Source: Eledone cirrhosa
Lineage: Eukaryota
Length of the DNA stretch: 64,000 nucleotides
Assembly (NCBI GenBank): GCA_964016885.1
Contig: OZ024741.1
Coordinates: 255,006,001-255,070,000, forward strand
Direction of reading: 5' to 3'
Shown: positions 43,346 to 56,788 of the stretch, in pieces
Layout: every line of letters starts with the position of its first letter
Position numbering within the stretch: position 1 is the first letter of the stretch
Translations under genes and position numbers: made by a program
The notes under the pieces: generated by a model
Told to the model about the DNA's origin: nothing
What the model saw: only the letters and a program-made list of their open reading frames with translations
The model's database searches: none

Positions 43346-46300
43346 GTTTCGCTTTACGAGTGTTTCGACTTACGAGTCTTTCGACATACGAGTGTTTCAG
43401 CTTACGAGTGTTTTGATTTACGAGTGTTTTGACTTACGGGTGTTTCGACTTACGCGTGTTTCGACTTACGAGTGTTTCGGCTTACGAGTGTTTCGACTTA
43501 CGAGTGTTCTGACTACGAGTGTTCTGACTTACGGGTGTTCTGACTTACGAGTGTTCCGATTTACGAGAGTTTCGGCTTATGAGTGTTTCGACTTACGAGT
43601 GCTTCGACTTACGAGTGTTTCGGCTTACGGGTGTTTCGACTTACGAATGTTTTTGCTTACGAGTGTTTCGGCTTACGAGTGTTTCGGCTTATGAGTGTTT
43701 CGACTGACGGGTGTTTTGACTTACGGGTGTTTTGACATACGAGTGTTTCGATACGAGTGTTCTGACTTACGAGTGTTCTGACTTACGAGTGTTCTGACTT
43801 ACGGGTGTTCTGACTTACGAGTGTTCCGACTTACGAGTGTTTCGGCTATGAGTGTTTTGACTTACGGATGTTTCGACTTACGGGTGTTTCGACTTACGAG
43901 TGTTTCGACTTACAAGTGTTTCGGCTTACGAGTGTTTCGGCTTACGAGTGTTTCGACTTACTAATGTTTTTACTTACGAGTGTTTCGGTGTACGAGTGTT
44001 TCGACTTAAGGATGTTTCGACTTACGAGTGTTTCGACTTACGAGTGTTTCGACATACGAGTTTTCCGACTTACGAGTGTTCCGACTTACGAGTGTTTCGG
44101 CTTACGAGTGTTTCGGCTTACGAGTGTTTCGGCTTACGAGTGATTTGACTTACGAGTGTTCTGACTACGAGTGTTCTGACTTACGGGTGTTCCGACTTAC
44201 GAGTGTTTCGGCTTATGAGTGTTTCGACTTACGGGCGTTTCGACTTACGGGTGTTTCGACTTACGAATGTTTTGGCTTACGAGTGTTCTGACTTACGAGT
44301 GTTCCGACTTACGACTGTTACGGCTTACGAGTGTTTCGACTTACGAGTGTTTTGACTTACGGGTGTTTTGACATACGAGTGTTTCAATACGAGTGCTCTG
44401 AATTACGAGTGTTCTGACTTACGAGTGTTCTGACTTACGAGTGTTCTGACTTACGGGTGTTCTGACTTACGTGTGTTCCGACTTAAGAGTGTTTCGGTTA
44501 TGGGTGTTTCGACTTACGAGTGTTTCGACTTACGAATGTTTTGGCTTACGAGTATTTCGGCTTACGAATGTTTCGACTTACGAATGTTTTGGCTTACGAG
44601 TGTTTCGGCTTACGGGTGTTTCGACTTACGAGTGTTTCGACTTACGAGTGTTTTGACTTACGGTGTTTCGGCTTACGATTTATTCGACATACGAGTGTTT
44701 CGACTTACGGTGTTTCGACTTACGAGTGTTTCGACTTATGAGTGTTTCGACTTACGAGTGTTCTGACTTACGAGTGTTCTGACTTACGAGTGTTCCGTCT
44801 TACGAGTGTTTCGGTTTACGAGTGTTTCGACATACGAGTGTTTTGACTTACGGGTGTTTCGACTTACGGGTGTTTCCACTTACGAGTGATTCGGCTTACG
44901 AGTGTTTCGACTTAAGGATGTTTCGACTTGCGAGTGTTTCGACTTACGTGTGTTTCGGCTTACGTGAGTTTCGACTTAAGAGTGTTCTGATTTACGAGTG
45001 TTCTGACTTGCGGGTGTTCTGATTTACGAGTGTTCCGACTTACGAGTGTTTCGGCTTATGAGTGTTTCGACTTACGAGTGTTTAGGCTTACGAGTGTTTC
45101 GACTTATGGGTGTTTCGACTTACGAGTGTTTTTACTTACGGTGTTTCGGCTTACGAGTGTTTCGACATACGAGTGTTCAGACTTACGAGTGTTCCGACTT
45201 ACGAGCGTTCCGACTTACGAGTGTTTCGACTTACGAGTGTTAAGACTTACGGGTGTTTTGACATACGAGTGTTTCGACTTACGAGTGTTACGAGTGTTCT
45301 GACTTACGAGTGTTCTGACTTACGAGTGTTCTGACTTACGAGTGTTCTGACTTACGAGCGTTCTGACTTACGAGTGTTCCGACTTACGAGTGTTTCGGCT
45401 TACGAGTGTTTCGACTTACGAGTGTTCTGACTTACGAGTGTTCCGACTTACGAGCGTTCCGACTTACGAGTGTTTCGGCTTACAAGTGTTCCGACTTACG
45501 AGTGTTTCGACTTACGAGTGTTCTGACTTACGAGTGTTCTGACTTACGAGTGTTCTGACTTACGAGTGTTCTGATTTACGAGTGTTCCGACTTACGAGTG
45601 TTTCAGCTTACGAGTGTTTCGGCTTACGAGTGTTTCGACTTACGGGTGTTTTGACTTACGGATGTTTCGGCTTACGAGTGTTTCGGCTTATGATTGTTTC
45701 GACTTACGAGTGTTTTGACTTACGGTGTTTCAGCTTACGAGTGTTTCGACTTACGAGTGATTTGACTTACGGGTGGTTTGACATACGAGTGTTTCGATAC
45801 GAGTGTTCTGACTTACGAGTGTTCTGACTTACGAGTGTTTTGACTTACGAGTGTTCTGACTTACGAGTGTTCCGACTTACGAGTGTTCCGACTTACGAGT
45901 GTTTCGGCTTACGAGTGTTTCCGGCTTACGAGTGTTTCGACTTACGAGTGTTTTGACCTACGGTGTTTCGGCTTACGAGTGATTCGACTTACGAGTGTTT
46001 TGACTTACGGGTGTTTTGACTTACGGGTGTTGTGAATTACGAGTGTTCCGATTTACGAGTGTTTTGACTTACGGTGTTTCGGCTTACGAGTGATTCGACT
46101 TACGAATGTTTTGACTTACGGGTGTTTCGGCTTGCGAGTGTTTCGACTTACGAATGTTTCGGCTTATGAGTGTTTCGACTTACTAATGTTTTTACTTACG
46201 AGTGTTCTGACTTACGAGTGTTCCGACTTACGAGTGTTCCGACTTACGAGTGTTTCGGCTTACGAGTGTTTCCGGCTTACGAGTGTTTCGACTTACGAGT

Positions 46301-49300
46301 GTTTCGACTTACGAGTGTTTTGACTTACGGTGTTTCGACTTACGAGTGATTCGACTTACGGGTGTTTTGACTTTCGGGTGTTTCGGCTTACGAGTGTTTT
46401 GACTTAAGGGTGTTTCGACTTACGAGTATTTTTGGCTTACGAGTGTTTCGACTTACGAGTGTTTTGACTTACGAGTGTTCTGATTTAAGGATGTTTCGAC
46501 ATACGAGTGTTTCGACTTACGAGTGTTTCGACTTATGAGTGTCTCGACTTACGAGTGTTTCGACTTACGAGTGTTTCGGCTTATGATTGTTTCGACTTAC
46601 GAGTGTTTTGACTTACGGTGTTTCAGCTTACGAGTGTTTCGACTTACGAGTGTTTTGACTTACGGGTGTTTTGACATACGAGTGTTTCGATACGAGTGTT
46701 CTGACTTACGAGTGTTCTGACTTACGAGTGTTCCGACTTACGAGTGTTCCGACTTACGAGTGTTTCGGCTTACGAGTGTTTCCGGCTTACGAGTGTTTCG
46801 ACTTACGAGTGTTTTGACTTACGGTGTTTCGGCTTACGAGTGATTCGACTTACGAGTGTTTTGACTTACGGGTGTTTTGACTTACGGGTGTTGTGAATTA
46901 CGAGTGTTCCGATTTACGAGTGTTTTGACTTACGGTGTTTCGGCTTACGAGTGATTCGACTTACGAATGTTTTGACTTACGGGTGTTTCGGCTTGCGAGT
47001 GTTTCGACTTACGAGTGTTTCGGCTTATGAGTGTTTCGACTTACTAATGTTTTTACTTACGAGTGTTCTGACTTACGAGTGTTCCGACTTACGAGTGTTC
47101 CGACTTACGAGTGTTTCGGCTTACGAGTGTTTCCGGCTTACGAGTGTTTCGACTTACGAGTGTTTCGACTTACGAGTGTTTTGACTTACGGTGTTTCGAC
47201 TTACGAGTGATTCGACTTACGAGTGGTTTGACTTACGGGTGTTTTGACTTACGGGTGTTGTGAATTACGAGTGTTCCGATTTACGAGTGTTTTGACTTAC
47301 GGTGTTTCGGCTTACGAGTGATTCGACTTACGAATGTTTTGACTTACGGGTGTTTCGGCTTGCTAGTGTTTCGACTTACGAGTGTTTCGGCTTATGAGTG
47401 TTTCGACTTACTACTGTTTTTACTTACGAGTGTTTCGGCGTACGAGTGTTTTGACATACGAGTGTTTCGAATTACGAGTGTTTTGACTTACGAATGTTTT
47501 GACATACGGGTGTTTCGACTTACGAGTGTTTCGACTTACGAGTGTTTCGGCTTGCGAGTGTTTCGACTTACTAATGTTTTTACTTACGAGTTTTTCGGCG
47601 TACGAGTGTTTCGACTTACGAGCGTTTCGACTTACGGGTGTTTAGACTTAAGGGTGTTTCGACTTACAAGTGCTTCGACATACGAGTGTTTCGACTTACG
47701 AGTGTTTCGACTTACGAGTGTTTTGACTTACGGGTGTTTTGACATACGAGTGTTTCGATACGAGTGTTTCGACTTACGAGTGTTCTGACTTACGAGTGTT
47801 CTGACTTACGAGTGTTCTGATTTACGAGTGGTCCGACTTACGAGTGTTTCGGCTAACGAGTGTTTCGGCTTACGAGTGTTTCGACTTACGGGTGTTTTGA
47901 CATACGAGTGTTTCGATACGAGTGTTTCGACTTACGAGTGTTCTGACTTACGAGTGTTCTGACTTACGAGTGTTCTGATTTACGAGTGTTCCGACTTACG
48001 AGTGTTTCGGCTTACGAGTGTTTCGGCTTACGAGTGTTTCGACTTACGAGTGTTTCGACTTACGAGTGTTCCGACTTACGGGTGTTTCGACTTACGAGTG
48101 GTTTGGCTTACGGTGTTTCGGCTTACGAGTGTTTCGAGTTACGAGTGTTTTGACTTACGCGTGTTTTGACATACGAGTGTTTCGATACGAGTGTTCTGAC
48201 TTACGAGTGTTCTGACTTACGAGTGTTCTGACTTACGAGTGTTCCGACTTTACGAGTGTTTCGGCTCACGAGTGTTTCGGCTTACGAGTGATTCGACTTA
48301 CGAGTGTTTTGACTTACGGGTGTTTCGGCTTGCGAGTGTTTCGACTTACGAGTGTTTCGGCTTATGAGTGTTTCGACTTACTAATGTTTTTACTTACGAG
48401 TGTTTCGGCGTTCGAGTGTTTTGACTTACGAGTGTTTCGACTTACGAGTGTTTTGACTTACGAATGTTTTGACTTACGGGTGTTTCGGCTTACGGGTGTT
48501 TCGACTTACGAGTGTTTCGACTTATGAGTGTTTCGACTTACGAGTGTTCTGACTTACGAGTGTTCCGACTTACGAGTGTTTCGGTTTACGAGTGTTTCGA
48601 CATACGAGTGTTTTGACTTACGGGTGTTTCGACTTACGGGTGTTTCGACTTACGAGTGTTTCGGCTTACGAGTGTTTCGACTTACTAATGTTTTTACTTA
48701 CGAGTGTTTCGGTGTACGAATGTTTTGACTTAAGGATGTTTCGACTTACGAGTGTTTCGACTTACGAGTGTTTCGGCTTACGTGAGTTTCGACTTAAGAG
48801 TGTTCTGATTTACGAGTGTTCTGACTTGCGGGTGTTCTGATTTACGAGTGTTCCGACTTACGAATGTTTCGGCTTACGAGTGTTTCGACATACGAGTGTT
48901 TTGACTTACGGGTGTTTCGACTTACGAGTGTTTTGACTTACGAATGTTTTGACTTACGGGTGATTCGGCTTACGAGTGTTTCGACTTACGAGTGTTTCGG
49001 CTTACGTGTGTTTCGACTTACTAATGTTTTTACTTACGAGTGTTTCGGCGTACGAGAGTTATGACTTACGAGTGTTTCGACTTACGAGTGTTTTGACTTA
49101 CGAATGTTTTGACTTACGGGTGTTTCGGCTTATGAGTGTTTCGACTTACGAGTCTTTCGGCTTACGAGTGTTTCGACTTACTAATGTTTTTACTTACGAG
49201 TGTTTCGGCGTACGAGTGTTTCGACTTACGAGTGTTTCGACTTACGGGTGTTTTGACTTACGGGTGTTTCGGCTTACGAGTGTTTCGACTTACGAGTATT

Positions 49301-52300
49301 TTGACTTAAGGGTGTTTCGACTTACGAGTATTTTTGGCTTACGAGTGTTTCGACTTACGAGTGTTTTGACTTACGGTGTTTCGGCTTACGAGTGTTCCGA
49401 CTTACGAGTGTTTTGACTTACGGGTGTTTTGACATACGAGTGTTTCGATACGAGTGTTCTGACTTACGAGTGTTCTGACTTACGAGTGTTTTGACTTACG
49501 AGTGTTCTGACTTACGAGTGTTCCGAATAACGAGTGTTCCGACTTACGAGTGTTTCGGCTTACGAGTGTTTCCGGCTTACGAGTGTTTCGACTTCCGAGT
49601 GTTTTGACTTACGGTGTTTCGGCTTACGAGTGATTCGACTTACGAGTGTTTTGAATTACGGGTGATTTGACTTACGGGTGTTGTGAATTACGAGTGTTCC
49701 GATTTACGAGTGTTTTGACTTACGGTCTTTCGGCTTACGAGTGATTCGACTTACGAATGTTTTGACTTACGGGTGTTTCGGCTTGCGAGTGTTTCGACTT
49801 ACGAGTGTTTCGGCTTATGGGTGTTTCGACTTACTAATGTTTTTACTTACGAGTGTTTCGGCGTACGAGTGTTTTGATTTACGAGTGTTTCGACTTACGA
49901 GTGTTTCGACTTACGAGTGTTTCGACTTACGTGAGTTTCGACTTAAGAGTGTTCTGATTTACGAGTGTTCTGACTTACGGGTGTTCTGATTTACGAGTGT
50001 TCCGACTTACGAGTGTTTCGGCTTATGAGTGTTTCGACTTACGAGTGTTTCGGCTTACGAGTGTTTCGACTTATGGGTGTTTCGACTTACGAGTGTTTTT
50101 ACTTACGGTGTTTCGGCTTACGAGTGTTTCGACATACGAGTGTTTTGACTTACGGGTGTTTCGATTTACGAGTGTTTTGACTTACGAATGTTTTGACTTA
50201 CGGGTGTTTCGGCTTACGAGTGTTCCGACTTACGAGTGTTTCGGCTTACGAGTGTTTCGACTTACTAATGTTCTTACTTACGAGTGTTTCGGCGTACGAG
50301 AGTTTTGACTTACGAGTGTTTCGACTTACGAGTGTTTTGACTCACGAATGTTTTGACTTACGGGTGTTTCGGCTTACGAGTGTTTCGACTTACGAGTCTT
50401 TCGGCTTACGAGTGTTTCGACTTACTAATGTTCTTACTTACGAGTGTTTCGGCGTACGAGAGTTTTGACTTACGAGTGTTTCAACTTACGAGTGTTTCGA
50501 CTTACGAGTGTTTCGACTTACGGGTGTTTTGACTTACGGGTGTTTCGGCTTACGAGAGTTTTGACTTACGAGTGTTTTGACTTAAGGGTGTTTCGACTTA
50601 CGAGTATTTTTGGCTTACGAGTGTTTCGACTTACGAGTGTTTCGGCTTATGAGTGTTTCGACTTACGAGTGTTTTGACTTACGGTGTTTCGGCTTACGAG
50701 TGTTTCGACTTACGAGTGTTTTGACTTACGGGTGTTTTGACATACGAGTGTTTCGATACGAGTGTTCTGACTTACGAGTGTTCCGACTTACGAGTGTTCC
50801 GACTTACGAGTGTTTCGGCTTACGAGTGTTTCCGGCTTACGAGTGTTTCGACTTACGAGTGTTTTGACTTACGGTGTTTCGGCTTACGAGTGATTCGACT
50901 TACGAGAGTTTTGACTTACGGGTGTTTTGACTTACGGGTGTTGTGAATTACGAGTGTTCCGATTTACGAGTGTTTTGACTTACGGTGTTTCGGCTTACGA
51001 GTGATTCGACTTACGAATGTTTTGACTTACGGGTGTTTCGGCTTACGAGTGTTTCGACTTACGAGTGTTTCGGCTTATGAGTGTTTCGACTTACTAATGT
51101 TTTTACTTACGAGTGTTTCGGCGTACGAGTGTTTTGACTTACGAGTGTTTCGATTTACGAGTGTTTCGGCTTGCGAGTGTTTCGACTTACTAATGTTTTT
51201 ACTTACGAGTGTTTCGGCGTACGAGTGTTTCGACTTACGAGTGTTTCGACTTACGGGTGTTTTGACTTACGGGTGTTTCGGCTTACGAGTGTTTTGACTT
51301 AAGGGTGTTTCGGCTTACGTGAGTTTCGACTTAAGAGTGTTCTGATTTACGAGTGTTCTGACTTGCGGGTGTTCTGATTTACGAGTGTTCCGACTTACGA
51401 GTGTTTTGACTTACGAGTGTTTTGACTTACGAATGTTTTGACTTACGGGTGTTTCGGCTTACGAGTATTTCGACTTACGAGTGTTTCGGCTTACGAGTGT
51501 TTCGACTTACTAATGTTCTTACTTACGAGTGTTTCGGAGTACGAGAGTTTTGACTTACGAGTGTTTCGACTTACGAGTGTTTCGACTTACGAGTGTTTTG
51601 ACTTACGAATGTTTTGACTTACGGGTGTTTCGGCTTACGAGTGTTTCGACTTACGAGTGTTTTGACTTACGGTGTTTCGGCTTACGAGTGATTCGACTTA
51701 CGAGAGTTTTGACTTACGGGTGTTTTGACTTACGGGTGTTGTGAATTACGAGTGTTCCGATTTACGAGTGTTTTGACTTACGGTGTTTCGGCTTACGAGT
51801 GATTCGACTTACGAATATTTTGACTTACGGGTGTTTCGGCTTGCGAGTGTTTCGACTTACGAGTGTTTCGGCTTATGAGTGTTTCGACTTACTAATGTTT
51901 TTACTTACGAGTGTTTCGGCGTACGAGTGTTTTGACTTACGAGTGTTTCGATTTACGAGTGTTTCGGCTTGCGAGTGTTTCGACTTACGAGTGTTTTGAC
52001 TTACGAATGTTTTGACTTACGGGTGTTTCGGCTTACGAGTGTTTCGACTTACGAGTCTTTCGGCTTACGAGTGTTTCGACTTACTAATGTTTTTACTTAC
52101 GAGTGTTTCGGCGTACGTGTGTTTCGACTTACGAGTGTTTCGACTTACGGGTGTTTTGACTTACGGGTGTTTCGGCTTACGAGTGTTTTGACTTACGAGT
52201 GTTTTGACTTAAGGGTGTTTCGACTTGCGAGTATTTTTGGCTTACGAGTGTTTCGACTTACGAGTGTTTTGACTTACGAGTGTTCTGATTTACGGATGTT

Positions 52301-52516
52301 TCGACATACGAGTGTTTCGACTTACGAGTGTTTCGGCTTATGAGTGTTTCGACTTACGAGTGTTTTGACTTACGGTGTTTCGGCTTACGAGTGTTTCGAC
52401 TTACGAGTGTTTTGAGTTACGGGTGTTTTGACATACGAGTGTTTCGATACGAGTGTTCTGACTTACGAGTGTTCTGACTTACGAGTGTTTCGGCTTACGA
52501 GTGATTCGACTTACGA

Positions 52517-52584
52517 AAATAACAAATAGACGCGGTTTTAAATCTCTATGTTTTCAAATTCATTACATTAATCTTTATTTATAC
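52517..52584. other. 68-bp AT-rich cassette, copy 4
   Basis: Matches copy 2 at an offset of 9831. Confidence 0.95.
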
Positions 52585-53107
52585 GTTTCGCTTTACGAGT
52601 GTTTCGACTTACGAGTCTTTCGACATACGAGTGTTTCAGCTTACGAGTGTTTTGATTTACGAGTGTTTTGACTTACGGGTGTTTCGACTTACGCGTGTTT
52701 CGACTTATGAGTGTTTCGGCTTACGAGTGTTTCGACTTACGAGTGTTCTGACTACGAGTGTTCTGACTTACGGGTGTTCTGACTTACGAGTGTTCCGACT
52801 TACGAGTGTTTCGGCTTAAGAGTGTTTCGACTTACGAGTGCTTCGACTTACGAGTGTTTCGGCTTACGGGTGTTTCGACTTACGAATGTTTTTGCTTACG
52901 AGTGTTTCGGCTTACGAGTGTTTCGGCTTATGAGTGTTTCGACTTACGGGTGTTTTGACTTACGGGTGTTTTGACATACGAGTGTTTCGATACGAGTGTT
53001 CTGACTTACGAGTGTTCTGACTTACGAGTGTTCTGACTTACGAGTGTTCTGACTTACGGGTGTTCTGACTTACGAGTGTTTCGGCTTACGAGTGATTCGA
53101 CTTACGA

Positions 53108-53176
53108 AAATAACAAATAGACGCGGTTTCAAATCTCTATGCTTTTCAAATTCATTACATTAATCTTTATTTATAC
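53108..53176. other. 69-bp AT-rich cassette, copy 5
   Basis: Matches copy 3 at an offset of 9831. Confidence 0.95.
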
Positions 53177-56100
53177 GTTTCGCTTTACGAGTGTTTCGAC
53201 TTACGAGTCTTTCGACATACGAGTGTTTCAGCTTACGAGTGTTTTGATTTACGAGTGTTTTGACTTACGGGTGTTTCGACTTACGCGTGTTTCGACTTAC
53301 GAGTGTTTCGGCTTACGAGTGTTTCGACTTACGAGTGTTCTGACTACGAGTGTTCTGACTTACGGGTGTTCTGACTTACGAGTGTTCCGATTTACGAGAG
53401 TTTCGGCTTATGAGTGTTTCGACTTACGAGTGCTTCGACTTACGAGTGTTTCGGCTTACGGGTGTTTCGACTTACGAATGTTTTTGCTTACGAGTGTTTC
53501 GGCTTACGAGTGTTTCGGATTATGAGTGTTTCGACTGACGGGTGTTTTGACTTACGGGTGTTTTGACATACGAGTGTTTCGATACGAGTGTTCTGACTTA
53601 CGAGTGTTCTGACTTACGAGTGTTCTGACTTACGGGTGTTCTGACTTACGAGTGTTCCGACTTACGAGTGTTTCGGCTATGAGTGTTTTGACTTACGGAT
53701 GTTTCGACTTACGGGTGTTTCGACTTACGAGTGTTTCGACTTACAAGTGTTTCGGCTTACGAGTGTTTCGGCTTACGAGTGTTTCGACTTACTAATGTTT
53801 TTACTTACGAGTGTTTCGGTGTACGAGTGTTTCGACTTAAGGATGTTTCGACTTACGAGTGTTTCGACTTACGAGTGTTTCGACATACGAGTTTTCCGAC
53901 TTACGAGTGTTCCGACTTACGAGTGTTTCGGCTTACGAGTGTTTCGGCTTACGAGTGTTTCGGCTTACGAGTGATTTGACTTACGAGTGTTCTGACTACG
54001 AGTGTTCTGACTTACGGGTGTTCTGACTTACGAGTGTTCCGACTTACGAGTGTTTCGGCTTATGAGTGTTTCGACTTACGGGCGTTTCGACTTACGGGTG
54101 TTTCGACTTACGAATGTTTTGGCTTACGAGTGTTCTGACTTACGAGTGTTCCGACTTACGACTGTTACGGCTTACGAGTGTTTCGACTTACGAGTGTTTT
54201 GACTTACGGGTGTTTTGACATACGAGTGTTTCAATACGAGTGCTCTGAATTACGAGTGTTCTGACTTACGAGTGTTCTGACTTACGAGTGTTCTGACTTA
54301 CGGGTGTTCTGACTTACGTGTGTTCCGACTTAAGAGTGTTTCGGTTATGGGTGTTTCGACTTACGAGTGTTTCGACTTACGAATGTTTTGGCTTACGAGT
54401 GTTTCGGCTTACGAATGTTTCGACTTACGAATGTTTTGGCTTACGAGTGTTTCGGCTTACGGGTGTTTCGACTTACGAGTGTTTCGACTTACGAGTGTTT
54501 TGACTTACGGTGTTTCGGCTTACGATTTATTCGACATACGAGTGTTTCGACTTACGGTGTTTCGACTTACGGGTGTTTCGACTTACGAGTGTTTCGACTT
54601 ATGAGTGTTTCGACTTACGAGTGTTCTGACTTACGAGTGTTCTGACTTACGAGTGTTCCGTCTTACGAGTGTTTCGGTTTACGAGTGTTTCGACATACGA
54701 GTGTTTTGACTTACGGGTGTTTCGACTTACGGGTGTTTCCACTTACGAGTGATTCGGCTTACGAGTGTTTCGACTTAAGGATGTTTCGACTTGCGAGTGT
54801 TTCGACTTACGTGTGTTTCGGCTTACGTGAGTTTCGACTTAAGAGTGTTCTGATTTACGAGTGTTCTGACTTGCGGGTGTTCTGATTTACGAGTGTTCCG
54901 ACTTACGAGTGTTTCGGCTTATGAGTGTTTCGACTTACGAGTGTTTCGGCTTACGAGTGTTTCGACTTATGGGTGTTTCGACTTACGAGTGTTTTTACTT
55001 ACGGTGTTTCGGCTTACGAGTGTTTCGACATACGAGTGTTCAGACTTACGAGTGTTCCGACTTACGAGCGTTCCGACTTACGAGTGTTTCGACTTACGAG
55101 TGTTAAGACTTACGGGTGTTTTGACATACGAGTGTTTCGACTTACGAGTGTTACGAGTGTTCTGACTTACGAGTGTTCTGACTTACGAGTGTTCTGACTT
55201 ACGAGTGTTCTGACTTACGAGCGTTCTGACTTACGAGTGTTCCGACTTACGAGTGTTTCGGCTTACGAGTGTTTCGACTTACGAGTGTTCTGACTTACGA
55301 GTGTTCCGACTTACGAGCGTTCCGACTTACGAGTGTTTCGGCTTACAAGTGTTCCGACTTACGAGTGTTTCGACTTACGAGTGTTTTGACTTACGGTGTT
55401 TCTGCTTACGAGTGTTTCGACTTACGAGTGTTAAGACTTACGGGTGTTTTGACATACGAGTGTTTCGATACGAGTGTTTCGACTTACGAGTGTTACGAGT
55501 GTTCTGACTTACGAGTGTTTCGACTTATGAGTGTTCTGACCTACAAGTGTTTCGACTTACGCGTGTTTCGATTTACGAGTTTTTAGACTTACGAGTGTTT
55601 CGACTACGAATGTTCCGACTTACGAGTGTTTCGACTTACGAGTGTTTCGACTTACGGGTGTTCCGACTTACGAGTGTTTCGGCTTACGATTGTTTCGACT
55701 TACGAGTGTTTCGGTTTACGAGTGTTTCGACTTACGGGTGTTTTGACATACGATTGTTTGGGCTTACGAATGTTTCGACTTACGAGTGTTTCGACTTACG
55801 AGTGTTTTGATTTACGGTGTTTCGGCTTACGAGTGTTTTGACTTACGAGTGATTTCACTTACGGGTGTTTTGACATACGAGTGTTTCGATACGAGTGTTC
55901 TGACTTACGAGTGTTCTGACTTACGAGTGTTCTGACTTACGAGTGTTCTGACTTACGAGTGGTCTGACTTACGGGTGTTCTGACTTACGAGTGTTCCGAC
56001 TTACGAGTGTTTCAGCTTATGAGTGTTTCGACTTACGAGTGCTTCGGTTCACGAGTGTTTCGACTTACGAGTGTTTCGGCTTACGAGTGTTTCGACTTAC

Positions 56101-56719
56101 GAATGTTTTGGCTTACGAGTGTTTCGGCTTACGAGTGTTTCGGCTTATGAGTGTTTCGACTTACGAGTGTTTTGACTTATGGTGTTTCGGCTTACGAGTG
56201 TTTCGACATACGAGTGTTTTGACTTACGGGGGTTTCGACTTACGGGTGTTTCGACGTAAGAGTGTTTCGACTTACGAGCGCTTCGACTTACGAGTGTTTC
56301 GACTTACGAGTATTTCGGCGTACGAGTGTTTTGACTTACGAGTGTTTCGACTTACGAGTGCTTTGACTTACGAATGTTTTGAATTACTTCGACTTACGAG
56401 TGATCGGACTTACGAGTGTTCCTACTTACGAGTGTTTCGACTTACGAGTGTTTCGACTTGCGAGTGTTTCGACTTACGAGTGTTTCGACTTACGAGTGTT
56501 CTGACTTACGAGTGTTCTGACTTACGAGTGTTCCGACTTACGAGTGTTTCGACTTACGAGTGTTTTGAGTTACGAATGTTCTGAATTACGGGTGTTTCGC
56601 CTTACGAGTGTTTCGACTTACGAGTGTTTTAACTTACGGGTGTTTCGACTTACGCGTGTTTCGACTTACGGGTGTTTCGACTTACGCGTGTTTCGGCTTA
56701 CGAGTGTTTCGACTTACGA

Positions 56720-56788
56720 AAATAACAAATAGACGCGGTTTCAAATATCTATGCTTATCAAATTCATTACATTAATCTTTAATTATAC
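56720..56788. other. 69-bp AT-rich cassette, copy 6 (most diverged)
   Basis: Three private substitutions relative to copy 3: aaatatct, gcttatca, ctttaattatac. Confidence 0.95.

Larger units (their letters stand above)
37500..55400 (+). repeat. Higher-order repeat with a ~9.7-9.9 kb offset (~37.5-45.5 kb vs ~47.3-55.4 kb)
   Basis: Offsets 9735 (37583/47318), 9895 (39846/49741), 9879 (41650/51529), 9831 (43308/53139), 9847 (44471/54318) and 9863 (45030/54893). Each copy carries a pair of AT-rich cassettes 591 bp apart. Confidence 0.9.

Noticed and set aside
43308-43694. ATG-initiated ORF MLFKFITLIFIYTF... resembling a signal peptide (also 53139..53525)
   Set aside because: The hydrophobic start is just a translation of T-rich cassette DNA. 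Copies 2 and 4 have a 1-bp deletion right after this ATG, and the remainder is satellite.
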